IMG/VR virus record: IMGVR_UViG_3300013116_000108
Span: 62,001-126,000 of that record
Length of the DNA: 64,000 nucleotides
Direction: 5' to 3' (one strand)
Shown here piece after piece: positions 38,367 to 46,310 of the stretch. Numbering within the stretch: position 1 is the stretch's first letter; each line of letters starts with the position of its first letter. The notes below the pieces were generated by a model, which had not been told where the DNA came from, made no database searches, and was given only the letters and a program-made list of their open reading frames with translations. The position numbers were made by a program, and so were the translations under genes.

Positions 38367-38466
38367 TATTTATCACTCCTTGCTAAAAATGATAATAAAA
38401 ACTGGCTCCGTTGTTAAATTTTTATTTAACAAGTACATTATTACATAGAACCAGTGTGAAAGTCAA
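38367..38466 (-). promoter_or_regulatory. Tandem sigma70-like and late promoters of gp32
   Basis: TTGACT (38466-38461) with a weak -10 at 38443-38437; TAAATA at 38372-38367. Confidence 0.5.
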
Positions 38467-38473
38467 CCTTTTT

Positions 38474-39067
38474 TTAAAGTTTTTTCCATTCTGAGTATAT
38501 TCTATCACTTTGGGCGTCCCATTTACACTCAAGTACTTCACAACCATATTTTTTAGCCCATTCATAATTAAGTTCAAATGTCCAAGGAAAAAACTGTATT
38601 TCTTCAACACCTTTCCAAGGATGATCTCCTATTCCTGGATTTTGTCGCCAATATAATATACCGCCCGGTTTTACTAGATCAACTGCTTTTTGAACTTGTG
38701 GTTCAACATCTTCTGCTGTGCCAAAATTCAAACTACCTAAAACAAATGCTATATCCCATTGTTTCCCATTTGCTTCAAATTCTTCAATTCCTACTACTTC
38801 GTCTGCTTTATCATTAGCAGGGTCAAAGCCATAAAGTCGGTCACCTAACTTTTCTTTAAATGAATTAAAACCACAACCAATATCAATTACTGTATCGTTA
38901 GGTCCTACTTTGTCTAATAATGCCCAGCCACTGTATTCATAGTGCTTATAATCTGGTTTCCAGTTACTACCAAAATATTTGTTTACTGTATTTTTGTCCA
39001 CTTGGTTTCCCTCCTTGTCTCGTTTCCATTTATGTTTAAAATAATGAACTACTGTTTTATTAACCAA
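38474..39067 (-). CDS. Class I SAM-dependent methyltransferase
   Basis: VIDIGCGFN, YGFDP, FVLGSLNFG, VKPGGILYWR. Confidence 0.85.
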   Translation of the reverse strand: MVNKTVVHYFKHKWKRDKEGNQVDKNTVNKYFGSNWKPDYKHYEYSGWALLDKVGPNDTVIDIGCGFNSFKEKLGDRLYGFDPANDKADEVVGIEEFEANGKQWDIAFVLGSLNFGTAEDVEPQVQKAVDLVKPGGILYWRQNPGIGDHPWKGVEEIQFFPWTFELNYEWAKKYGCEVLECKWDAQSDRIYSEWKKL

Positions 39068-40112
39068 TGTAATCCTCCAATTTTCCTTCTCTATATAAGT
39101 CTTGTGTTATACAATGTATTCCCCCGTCCCAAAAATACCTATGCCTAAAGTTAAATATTATAGGCTCTACTTTATGCTTTTTAAAGTGGTCAAACACTTC
39201 TTTGTTATAGTTGTTACATATAATTGTATTTTGATCAATAGATAACATATTAACATCAAAAACTGTTTCTTCTACATAGCCTACCCAATCCTTTAACCAC
39301 GTGTTGACAAATTCTATTAATTGATCGTTATGCTCTTCTCCTTTTAACCACCAGCGTCCTCCAACTTTCCATTTCATCTGTAAGAACGGATCAACTTTAG
39401 ACCACGATTGGTCTGGCAAATATAATACGTCCCATCCAGGAAATTGTGTTTTGTAGTCTTGTATATCTTTTAACGACACAATACATCCGGGCTTAACTAC
39501 ACAAAAACAACCATCGGAATGATATCCCCTATGTGATCTGTGTACTCTAAATCCTTCTTTGTTCCAGTTTTCAATTAACTCTTTTTCTAAATCAGGTGGA
39601 GCATTTTCGGCCCACCTTTCATGCGAGTCCCAAAATAAATCTTTACCAACTCTACAAATTTGTGCTGAACTTATAAATGGTGTATAACCTTCCCACGGTG
39701 TATCAAGTGTTTGCTCGGTTATGTATATGTCTTTTTTATCAACCTGATTAACAATGTCAATCATACCACCCTTGTTTAAGAACTCGTTTCTTTCACCTAC
39801 ATATAACTTTTCGCCAACAACACAAAAATGATCTCTTGGGGTCATTGGTGGGCGCCATACATCATTTAGTGATTTATATTTGCCGTCACCTTCAATGTTT
39901 AAAAAACTTCTATATGTTTTTACACCACAAGATTCTAGTATGTCAACTAATTTTAAAAAATCTTCTTCGGTTTCATCAGCAATACGTTTAAGGGGATCTA
40001 AAATTTTATTATTCTTAGGAAATAAATCTTCAAACCATTCTGCTTTAAATCCTGATCCGACCCAGCAATGCTTTAAAGGATCAAATGTAGAATATCCTTT
40101 AATTGGAATCAT
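39060..40112 (-). CDS. Amidinotransferase (glycine/inosamine-phosphate amidinotransferase family)
   Basis: YSTFDPLKHCWVG, PMTPRD, HSDG, GGIHCITQDLYR (Cys-His-Asp residues present). Confidence 0.85.
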   Translation of the reverse strand: MIPIKGYSTFDPLKHCWVGSGFKAEWFEDLFPKNNKILDPLKRIADETEEDFLKLVDILESCGVKTYRSFLNIEGDGKYKSLNDVWRPPMTPRDHFCVVGEKLYVGERNEFLNKGGMIDIVNQVDKKDIYITEQTLDTPWEGYTPFISSAQICRVGKDLFWDSHERWAENAPPDLEKELIENWNKEGFRVHRSHRGYHSDGCFCVVKPGCIVSLKDIQDYKTQFPGWDVLYLPDQSWSKVDPFLQMKWKVGGRWWLKGEEHNDQLIEFVNTWLKDWVGYVEETVFDVNMLSIDQNTIICNNYNKEVFDHFKKHKVEPIIFNFRHRYFWDGGIHCITQDLYREGKLEDYIG

Positions 40113-40707
40113 AGACTGCTATCCAAACATCTTTTTGAAATATAAAATCAGCATCAATGTTAAACTCGTTTCTAAGCCATTCACGACCTGGCTTTCGTAA
40201 TGTAAGATTATGTTTATAACAAAAATCTAATATTGCTTTATTTTGTTCTGTTATTTGATGATTCATAGTTGTATTATCTCTGTACCATTCATAACTAGGA
40301 TAACTAATATCCCAACCTCCTGCTTCATGCCACCAGTTGTAACATTCGTCGTCTGGCCTATAACACATTACAATTTTGCTATCAGGAAACGTTTCTTTTA
40401 TATTGTTTAGATAATAAGCAAAGTTATGACTTAGTATTAACTTAATATCGTCATCTTTACCTAAGTAACTTTGTGCTATTTCTTTTTGCCATAGGTTAAA
40501 CGACCCAAACTCCTTATCTAACCATTGTCCGTTAAGCATTCCAGGACCGTAGTAGTTTCCTATGTGTCCACTATACTTGTGATGTGTGTATGTTTTCTCA
40601 GGTACTAAATCTGTGTTGTCTACGTTAGTGCCGTGGTCTCTAATATGTTGACTTACACCACTCCAACGACTGCCAGGTGCTCCTGTAAAGAAAATCCAAT
40701 TTTTCAT
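40099..40707 (-). CDS. Sulfotransferase-like / P-loop fold protein
   Basis: FFTGAPGSRWSG, ILSH, KIVMCYRP. Confidence 0.45.
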   Translation of the reverse strand: MKNWIFFTGAPGSRWSGVSQHIRDHGTNVDNTDLVPEKTYTHHKYSGHIGNYYGPGMLNGQWLDKEFGSFNLWQKEIAQSYLGKDDDIKLILSHNFAYYLNNIKETFPDSKIVMCYRPDDECYNWWHEAGGWDISYPSYEWYRDNTTMNHQITEQNKAILDFCYKHNLTLRKPGREWLRNEFNIDADFIFQKDVWIAVYDSN

Positions 40708-41057
40708 GTGTATACACTTCCTATTATAAAGTAATCAACAACAAATGTCAACTCAGCACCTAAAAATACTGCTATCCAATAGTTGCCTATCCAATTCCAT
40801 AACTGCTTGATAACCCACCAAGCCATTAATACTCTTATTGAGTATAACACATCTGCCCATATGATGTCAAGCCATAGAAACGAATCTGCTTGAAAATAAT
40901 TGTAGAATACAAAGTTATCGTATATAAAACTTAATTGGGCCATAAAGAATACTGCCCAATAGTAAGTTAAATATTTGTTTAAAAATTTAACTAGTGGTCC
41001 TGAAACCACTAGTCGATATATGACATAGGTAAAGTTAGCGATTGCTAACTCAATCAT
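40704..41057 (-). CDS. Small integral membrane protein (3-4 TM)
   Basis: Hydrophobic, aromatic-rich 117-aa ORF. Confidence 0.65.
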   Translation of the reverse strand: MIELAIANFTYVIYRLVVSGPLVKFLNKYLTYYWAVFFMAQLSFIYDNFVFYNYFQADSFLWLDIIWADVLYSIRVLMAWWVIKQLWNWIGNYWIAVFLGAELTFVVDYFIIGSVYT

Positions 41058-41722
41058 TAGCTCACCTTAGTTTCGTCGTGTGGTAAACTACCATCGTTTA
41101 GTAAGCCATTTCGCTTACGTTTATCAAGCCAACTATGTTCAACACTATGTACATACTTGGCATTTGGATCTTTGTTTAGAATATAATGAAGTCTTTCATC
41201 TGTAGCATCTACAGGAATATTAAGCAAAGTGTCTAACGACTTTAAATATTGATGTCTAAACAAATACAGCAATTCTACACTTAAGAAAACGTGAGAATAT
41301 TCTATAATATCTTCAATCTTATTAAGAAAGTTGTGATAACTTTCTACACCTCTTTTTCTTAACTGTCCTTGTGCCATAATATTTTGATCTCTACCAATAA
41401 TGCCAACTTGAAGGTTTCCTACTTTGTTCAATTCACTTAATACTTCTTTGTAGTTAGGATAAACTGTTTGCTTTTGCCCGTCTATAATATCTACATATGG
41501 TCCACTTACACTAAGAACCCAGTTATTACTAGTAGACCAATCATAGTCTTTAATAGTTTCAGGCTTAGACCAAATATCTTTAAACGGTGCCGCATCGTGA
41601 TTTATCCAATACTCTCTTAACAGGTCATCCCAACCTGATACATCATCATGTAATGATAATGCTTTGGAATAAAGGTGATTACCGGACCCTTGAGGCCCGG
41701 TAATTACTAAAATGTTTGTCAT
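41057..41722 (-). CDS. Sulfotransferase-like / P-loop fold protein
   Basis: LVITGPQGSGNH, VGIIGRD. Confidence 0.45.
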   Translation of the reverse strand: MTNILVITGPQGSGNHLYSKALSLHDDVSGWDDLLREYWINHDAAPFKDIWSKPETIKDYDWSTSNNWVLSVSGPYVDIIDGQKQTVYPNYKEVLSELNKVGNLQVGIIGRDQNIMAQGQLRKRGVESYHNFLNKIEDIIEYSHVFLSVELLYLFRHQYLKSLDTLLNIPVDATDERLHYILNKDPNAKYVHSVEHSWLDKRKRNGLLNDGSLPHDETKVS

Positions 41723-42774
41723 TATTTCACTAACTTGTCTTTGTATACTGCTGGAATATTCAAAGCATCATTTGAAAACTTGATTAAATCTTTCAGTGAA
41801 TCTTCTGTAATGAACGACATCAACGTATCTCTTTGATTGTTGCCTGCTTCACCGATAATCCAATCATACTTTCCAACTTTCTTTTGGATAGCCTTGATTG
41901 CTTGAGGATCTTTAGACATCTCTAACAAAGCCGCCTGTAATTTCTCAGCATTAGGATTGCCTTTGTTTACCCAGAACGCTTTTTGTAAAGAGTCACGGAA
42001 TGATTTTACAAGTTTGTAAGCATCATACATTGGACCTGATGGAGCAACACCCCATTTTTCTTCAAATAAGATTTCCATTTGCTTTCCTGGATAGTTAGGA
42101 TCGTCAGCGTGTGATCCGTCTGCTTGTAGAATACCATGATGGAACCAAACTTCTGCTTCTTCATTAGGAGCAATATGCTTTTTAAATGCCGCAGGATTTT
42201 CTCTGTCAACAGTTAGTTCACCACGTTTAAATGCTAAACGTCTAGCACCACCGTTACCAAATCCTGGAACCCAGTTAACGTGTGATTTGAAACAAGCAGA
42301 ATATTCATCAATTGATTTGCCTGGGCCACATAATAACAATGCCATTCCCATAGCGTCAGGTACACGACCTGATTTTGAAGCAAAGATAATGTTTTCCATA
42401 TCAGCATCTAATCTCTTACCAACAATAATGTTTAAGTTCATCATGCCAATTGATTCCCAATCAGCATAGTTATAGTCAACATCTTCTTGTAAGAATGATA
42501 CACCATTACCACCATGCGATACCATAACAATAGTATCATCAAATCTTAGTTCGTTTTGAAAGGCGTTAACTGCAGGAATATCTCTAGCGCCTGGAAAGTT
42601 TCTAAGTTTTAGAGTGTCATTTGGTAAGAATCTTTGTAGTTCTTTGAGAACAATTTCTGTCCATACTGTTGTTCCTGAGCCCGGCTTTTGCGGTACAACA
42701 AACGTAAACGTTTCAGCAAATGCTGATCCTGTAATGCCTAGTGTTAGTACTAGTGCCATTAATAATTTTTTCAT
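41722..42774 (-). CDS. tctC: Tripartite tricarboxylate transporter substrate-binding protein (TctC/Bug-like)
   Basis: Signal peptide (...SAFA), FVVPQKPGSGT, NFPGA; tctA nearby. Confidence 0.7.
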   Translation of the reverse strand: MKKLLMALVLTLGITGSAFAETFTFVVPQKPGSGTTVWTEIVLKELQRFLPNDTLKLRNFPGARDIPAVNAFQNELRFDDTIVMVSHGGNGVSFLQEDVDYNYADWESIGMMNLNIIVGKRLDADMENIIFASKSGRVPDAMGMALLLCGPGKSIDEYSACFKSHVNWVPGFGNGGARRLAFKRGELTVDRENPAAFKKHIAPNEEAEVWFHHGILQADGSHADDPNYPGKQMEILFEEKWGVAPSGPMYDAYKLVKSFRDSLQKAFWVNKGNPNAEKLQAALLEMSKDPQAIKAIQKKVGKYDWIIGEAGNNQRDTLMSFITEDSLKDLIKFSNDALNIPAVYKDKLVK

Positions 42775-42893
42775 TTCTATTTTCCTTTTAATAATCAGAA
42801 TTATACAAGCGAAATGCTTGGATAATTATTTTGTTTTTGATTGTTTGCTACACTAAGAACCCTGACACTCGTCTAAGTTTGTGTATTGTGGAG

Positions 42894-42925
42894 TATAATA
42901 CAGCTCTGTATTACATTTTTATTTA
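42894..42925 (-). promoter_or_regulatory. Late promoter TAAATA and a 5' hairpin upstream of tctC
   Basis: TAAATA at 42925-42920, then TAATACA-GAGC-TGTATTA. Confidence 0.5.
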
Positions 42926-43611
42926 TCGTTTTTTCTTAGCACAAAATAATACCTGACTCCTCTGTCATTTACTTCTTGTTCGAGGGTTAAGATACTACAA
43001 TTTAAAGCACTAGCAGAATTAATAATAAACTCATTAGTCCAATTAAAAAATTCTATCCATTGTGCTTCAGGAGCCTTGTGCTGTTCTCCTGGATTAACTC
43101 TAAAATATAATAAACCGCTAGTCTTTGTTAAGTTTACAGCATTCTTTAATTCAGCATATATTTTATCTACAGTACCAAAATTAATGCTACCTAAACAAAT
43201 AGTAATATCATATTTTTCAGTTGGTTTGTATTCTAATATACTACTGTTAATATCTGCTCTTTCATTGTACGGATCTACACCAGTTAGGTTGTTGATCTTT
43301 CCTTTGAATTCATTATAGCCACAGCCTAAGTCTAAAACTCGTAAAGGCTTTAAGTTATTAACTTCATCTATAATACTTAATCCACTATACTTGTACTTTT
43401 TTGTAATAGGTTGCCAAACAGTAGCAAAGTATTTTTTAAGTACATGATAGTGGATAAGTTCTGTTAAATCTTTAACATTGGTAAAATTAATATCTTTAAT
43501 GTCAACACCAAAAGTTCCATTGATTGCCTGCTGTAAAAGTTTATTGTCATCTAATAGTTGTGGACTAGATTTAAACATAGTACACAGCCTGTCTAAAATT
43601 TTAGTGTTCAT
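42919..43611 (-). CDS. Class I SAM-dependent methyltransferase (paralog of 38474-39067)
   Basis: YKYSG, VLDLGCGYN, GVDP, ICLGSINFG, LLYFRVNPG. Confidence 0.85.
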   Translation of the reverse strand: MNTKILDRLCTMFKSSPQLLDDNKLLQQAINGTFGVDIKDINFTNVKDLTELIHYHVLKKYFATVWQPITKKYKYSGLSIIDEVNNLKPLRVLDLGCGYNEFKGKINNLTGVDPYNERADINSSILEYKPTEKYDITICLGSINFGTVDKIYAELKNAVNLTKTSGLLYFRVNPGEQHKAPEAQWIEFFNWTNEFIINSASALNCSILTLEQEVNDRGVRYYFVLRKNDK

Positions 43612-43618
43612 TAATTAC

Positions 43619-43942
43619 CTATAATGCTTTATGTAGTTGCTTAACTAGTTTATCTTTTGATAAACGTCTATCTAATTCAATACCTTTTTCTCTACCCATT
43701 TCTTCTAACTGTTTTTTAGTTAGTTTAGCAAGAGCTTTTTTTGTAGGTTTAGCAACAGTTTTTTTTGTTGCTGTAGCCTTAGGTGTTGCTTTAGGTTTTG
43801 CTGTAGCCTTAGGTGTTGCTTTTGCTTTAGGCTCTACTTTATATGCTACTGTTGGTGCCTTTTTTGGTTTGGCCGTTTCTTTTGCTTTTTCTTTACCAAA
43901 GAAAATTTCAGTTAGAGTAGGCCATCCTTTGAAAATACTCAT
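43619..43942 (-). CDS. Lys/Ala/Pro-rich histone-H1-like protein with C-terminal Rho-N/HeH-like motif
   Basis: PKAKATPKATAKPKATPKATA; LTKKQLEEMGREKGIELDRRLSKDKLV. Confidence 0.6.
   Translation of the reverse strand: MSIFKGWPTLTEIFFGKEKAKETAKPKKAPTVAYKVEPKAKATPKATAKPKATPKATATKKTVAKPTKKALAKLTKKQLEEMGREKGIELDRRLSKDKLVKQLHKAL
43768..43822. repeat. 25-bp direct repeat with 30-bp period encoding KATPKATA
   Basis: ttgctgtagccttaggtgttgcttt at 43768 and 43798. Confidence 0.9.
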
Positions 43943-43952
43943 TGTATTTCTC

Positions 43953-44660
43953 CTATATGTCTACCACATTATTAAAACTACCAAACTGTACTAGATCTCT
44001 TGTGAGGTCTGTAGTTAGTCCAGTAATTTGTAACATTGGCCTATTGTCCCAACCCATGTTACAAGTGGCGTGTGGTATATCCCGCCACTCCCATGTTATA
44101 CATTGTCCTTTACTCCATTGATGCCAGTTGCTATTACCTAATGAAAACACTTGTCCGTGTTTCCAATCATCTAACATAATAACAAACCTTCTCATAAGCT
44201 CAGGGTTCTTATCTGCTTCTATTTCTACAAAACTATTTCCGCGTTCTTTACGACCCGCAAAATTGTCTATATGCCAATTTAACATTTGTCCTGTTATTTG
44301 GTTATGAAACTTAATTGTTGCTTCTTCCATGCCAAAGTAATTAGCAATTTTTTTAAAAACTTCTATGTCTTCTGCCTTTGTTCTTTTGAATACTTCCATT
44401 TGCGGATTTGCTCCTGCTCTTTCTAAGTCGTATTCTTCTTGATTAGCACTATATATTCTATCTTTGCCATCAACTTTATTTCGTGTAGCCCATGTACTAG
44501 TTACTACTCTTTCTAAGCACTCGTTAACAGCATCTTCCCAATCACCATTAAACGTACAAACTTCTTGATAGTCTTTACTTACTACTTCTGGCCTAAAGTG
44601 CCATTTACTTTGTTTCTTTGTAAAATCCCAACGGCTTTTACCCCAGTCTTCGTTTGTCAT
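43953..44660 (-). CDS. 2OG-Fe(II) oxygenase-like protein
   Basis: KFHNQITGQMLNWHIDNF (HxD), PHATCN, RPMLQITG. Confidence 0.7.
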   Translation of the reverse strand: MTNEDWGKSRWDFTKKQSKWHFRPEVVSKDYQEVCTFNGDWEDAVNECLERVVTSTWATRNKVDGKDRIYSANQEEYDLERAGANPQMEVFKRTKAEDIEVFKKIANYFGMEEATIKFHNQITGQMLNWHIDNFAGRKERGNSFVEIEADKNPELMRRFVIMLDDWKHGQVFSLGNSNWHQWSKGQCITWEWRDIPHATCNMGWDNRPMLQITGLTTDLTRDLVQFGSFNNVVDI

Positions 44661-44672
44661 TTGCTATCCAAT

Positions 44673-44807
44673 CTATTTTATACTTCCGTTTAATACACGT
44701 TTACTATTAGGGTGCCTTTTTGCTGTAAACGTGGCGTGTGACATATTCTTTTTAATTCTTGGGACACCTTTTTTTACTATAATGCCCGGTACTGCTCTTT
44801 TTCCCAT
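44673..44807 (-). CDS. 44-aa highly basic peptide (absent from the ORF track)
   Basis: MGKRAVPGIIVKKGVPRIKKNMSHATFTAKRHPNSKRVLNGSIK*; TAATG overlap with the tctA stop. Confidence 0.65.
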   Translation of the reverse strand: MGKRAVPGIIVKKGVPRIKKNMSHATFTAKRHPNSKRVLNGSIK

Positions 44808-46246
44808 TATGAATACTCCAATTTATTTTTTCTAGAAACACCGTACACAAACAAGCCTACAATCAGTACACACAATACTAAAAAGATAGGTCTTTGTAAT
44901 AATTTATCAAAAGTATAAATGTGTATTAAGTTTAATGTCAGCGATTCAAATTTAGTAGCAAGTATAAATGCCATAAGCATACCTGGTCTACTAAATTTAT
45001 ACTTTTTACAAACAACACCTAGCACCGAACATATTGCTAATATGGCATAGTCTTCCCAACCGCCTGTATATTGTACACAGGCCCAAATTATAAATGCTAC
45101 AATTAAAGGGAAATAATATATGTAAGGCACATAACAGATCTTAGCAATGTATCTATTAAATGTTATACAGATAATACCAACTAATACTGTTGCCCACATA
45201 AAGCCAAATGTTAGACTATCAAAAAACTTTGTGTCGTAAGCAATTTCTTGAGCACCTAGTTCAAACCCTAAGTACATAAACAGTCCCATAAGAACTGCGG
45301 CAAAACTTGCCCCTGGTATACCAAACAATACTGTTGGAATCATACTAGTTGCTTTTTGTGAGTTGTTAGCACCTTCTGGTCCTACTACTCCTCTAATATT
45401 ACCTTTGCCAAATTCTTCGTTAGGATGAGTTGCTACTGTTGAACCATATGCCATCCAGTCTGCCATAGCACCGCCAATGCCTGGTAAGAATCCTATAAAG
45501 GCTCCAATGGCTCCGCCACGTAGGGCGTCCCATTTCATTTTCCATACTACTTTAATACCTTCCCAAGTTTGCTTCATTTGAGTATTTTCTTTCATATGAG
45601 CTACTTGTTGGCCTTTCTTCCAGCCATCTAATATTTCTGGAAAAGCAAATAGTCCAGCAACAAAAGGCATAAGTTGTACACCGTCGCCTAAGTATTCCCA
45701 ACCGCCTGTGTATCTATCAAAGTTTGTTAATGGATCTGTACCTATAAGTCCTATTCCTAGTCCTACAAGAATTGCTATAATACTTCTAAACCAAAATCTG
45801 TTACTAACAAATCCTACACAGGCAAGAGCCATTACCATGAATGCCCATAACTCTGGAATGCCAAAGTACATAATAAGTTGTACATACCAAGGCAATAAAG
45901 CAAAGGTTAGTGTACCCCATATAAGTCCGTTAAGTGTTGAAGTTGTAATTGCGGCCGTTAAAGCATAAGTGGCTTTACCTTGTTTTGCTAACGGGTATCC
46001 GTCAACCATAGTTGCCGCGGCTGAATTGGCGCCTGGTATTCCTAATAATATTCCCGAGTATGTGTCGCCTGTTGTACTGGCGGCTACTACTGCCATACAA
46101 AATATTACGCCTAAGTAAGGATCAAATCCAAAGTAACTGATAAATCCAAATAAGGCTACTAATCCTGTTGTTGCTCCAGCACTAGGTACTAGACCTACAA
46201 TCAAACCATAAAATGTACCTGCTAATAAAGTGTAAATTTCTTCCAT
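44807..46246 (-). CDS. tctA: Tripartite tricarboxylate transporter large permease TctA
   Basis: GILLGIPGANSAAATMVDGYPLAKQGKA, GFLPGIGG, GVVGPEGANN, PTVLFGIPG; about 12 TM. Confidence 0.92.
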   Translation of the reverse strand: MEEIYTLLAGTFYGLIVGLVPSAGATTGLVALFGFISYFGFDPYLGVIFCMAVVAASTTGDTYSGILLGIPGANSAAATMVDGYPLAKQGKATYALTAAITTSTLNGLIWGTLTFALLPWYVQLIMYFGIPELWAFMVMALACVGFVSNRFWFRSIIAILVGLGIGLIGTDPLTNFDRYTGGWEYLGDGVQLMPFVAGLFAFPEILDGWKKGQQVAHMKENTQMKQTWEGIKVVWKMKWDALRGGAIGAFIGFLPGIGGAMADWMAYGSTVATHPNEEFGKGNIRGVVGPEGANNSQKATSMIPTVLFGIPGASFAAVLMGLFMYLGFELGAQEIAYDTKFFDSLTFGFMWATVLVGIICITFNRYIAKICYVPYIYYFPLIVAFIIWACVQYTGGWEDYAILAICSVLGVVCKKYKFSRPGMLMAFILATKFESLTLNLIHIYTFDKLLQRPIFLVLCVLIVGLFVYGVSRKNKLEYS

Positions 46247-46310
46247 GGAGTATTGTCCTTAAAAATTAATATATACTATTAATTATTAAGAAAAGATGTG
46301 CTACAGGCTA

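Noticed and set aside
38166-38610. ORFs 38166-38363 and 38422-38610 on the minus strand
   Set aside because: They overlap gp32 or the methyltransferase in another frame and cover promoter/leader sequence; likely spurious
42790-42890. Match of the tctC leader to SAM/SAH, SAM-II/V or preQ1-I riboswitches
   Set aside because: Only short resemblances (GGTTCTTAG, GTGTAGCAAA); the required P1 and pseudoknot pairings are missing. Kept only as an unclassified leader
41722-46246. Host chromosomal DNA or a prophage boundary explaining the transporter genes
   Set aside because: The genes use the same TAAATA motif, strand and tight packing as the flanking phage genes, with no integrase or att site; a chimeric assembly cannot be fully excluded without reads
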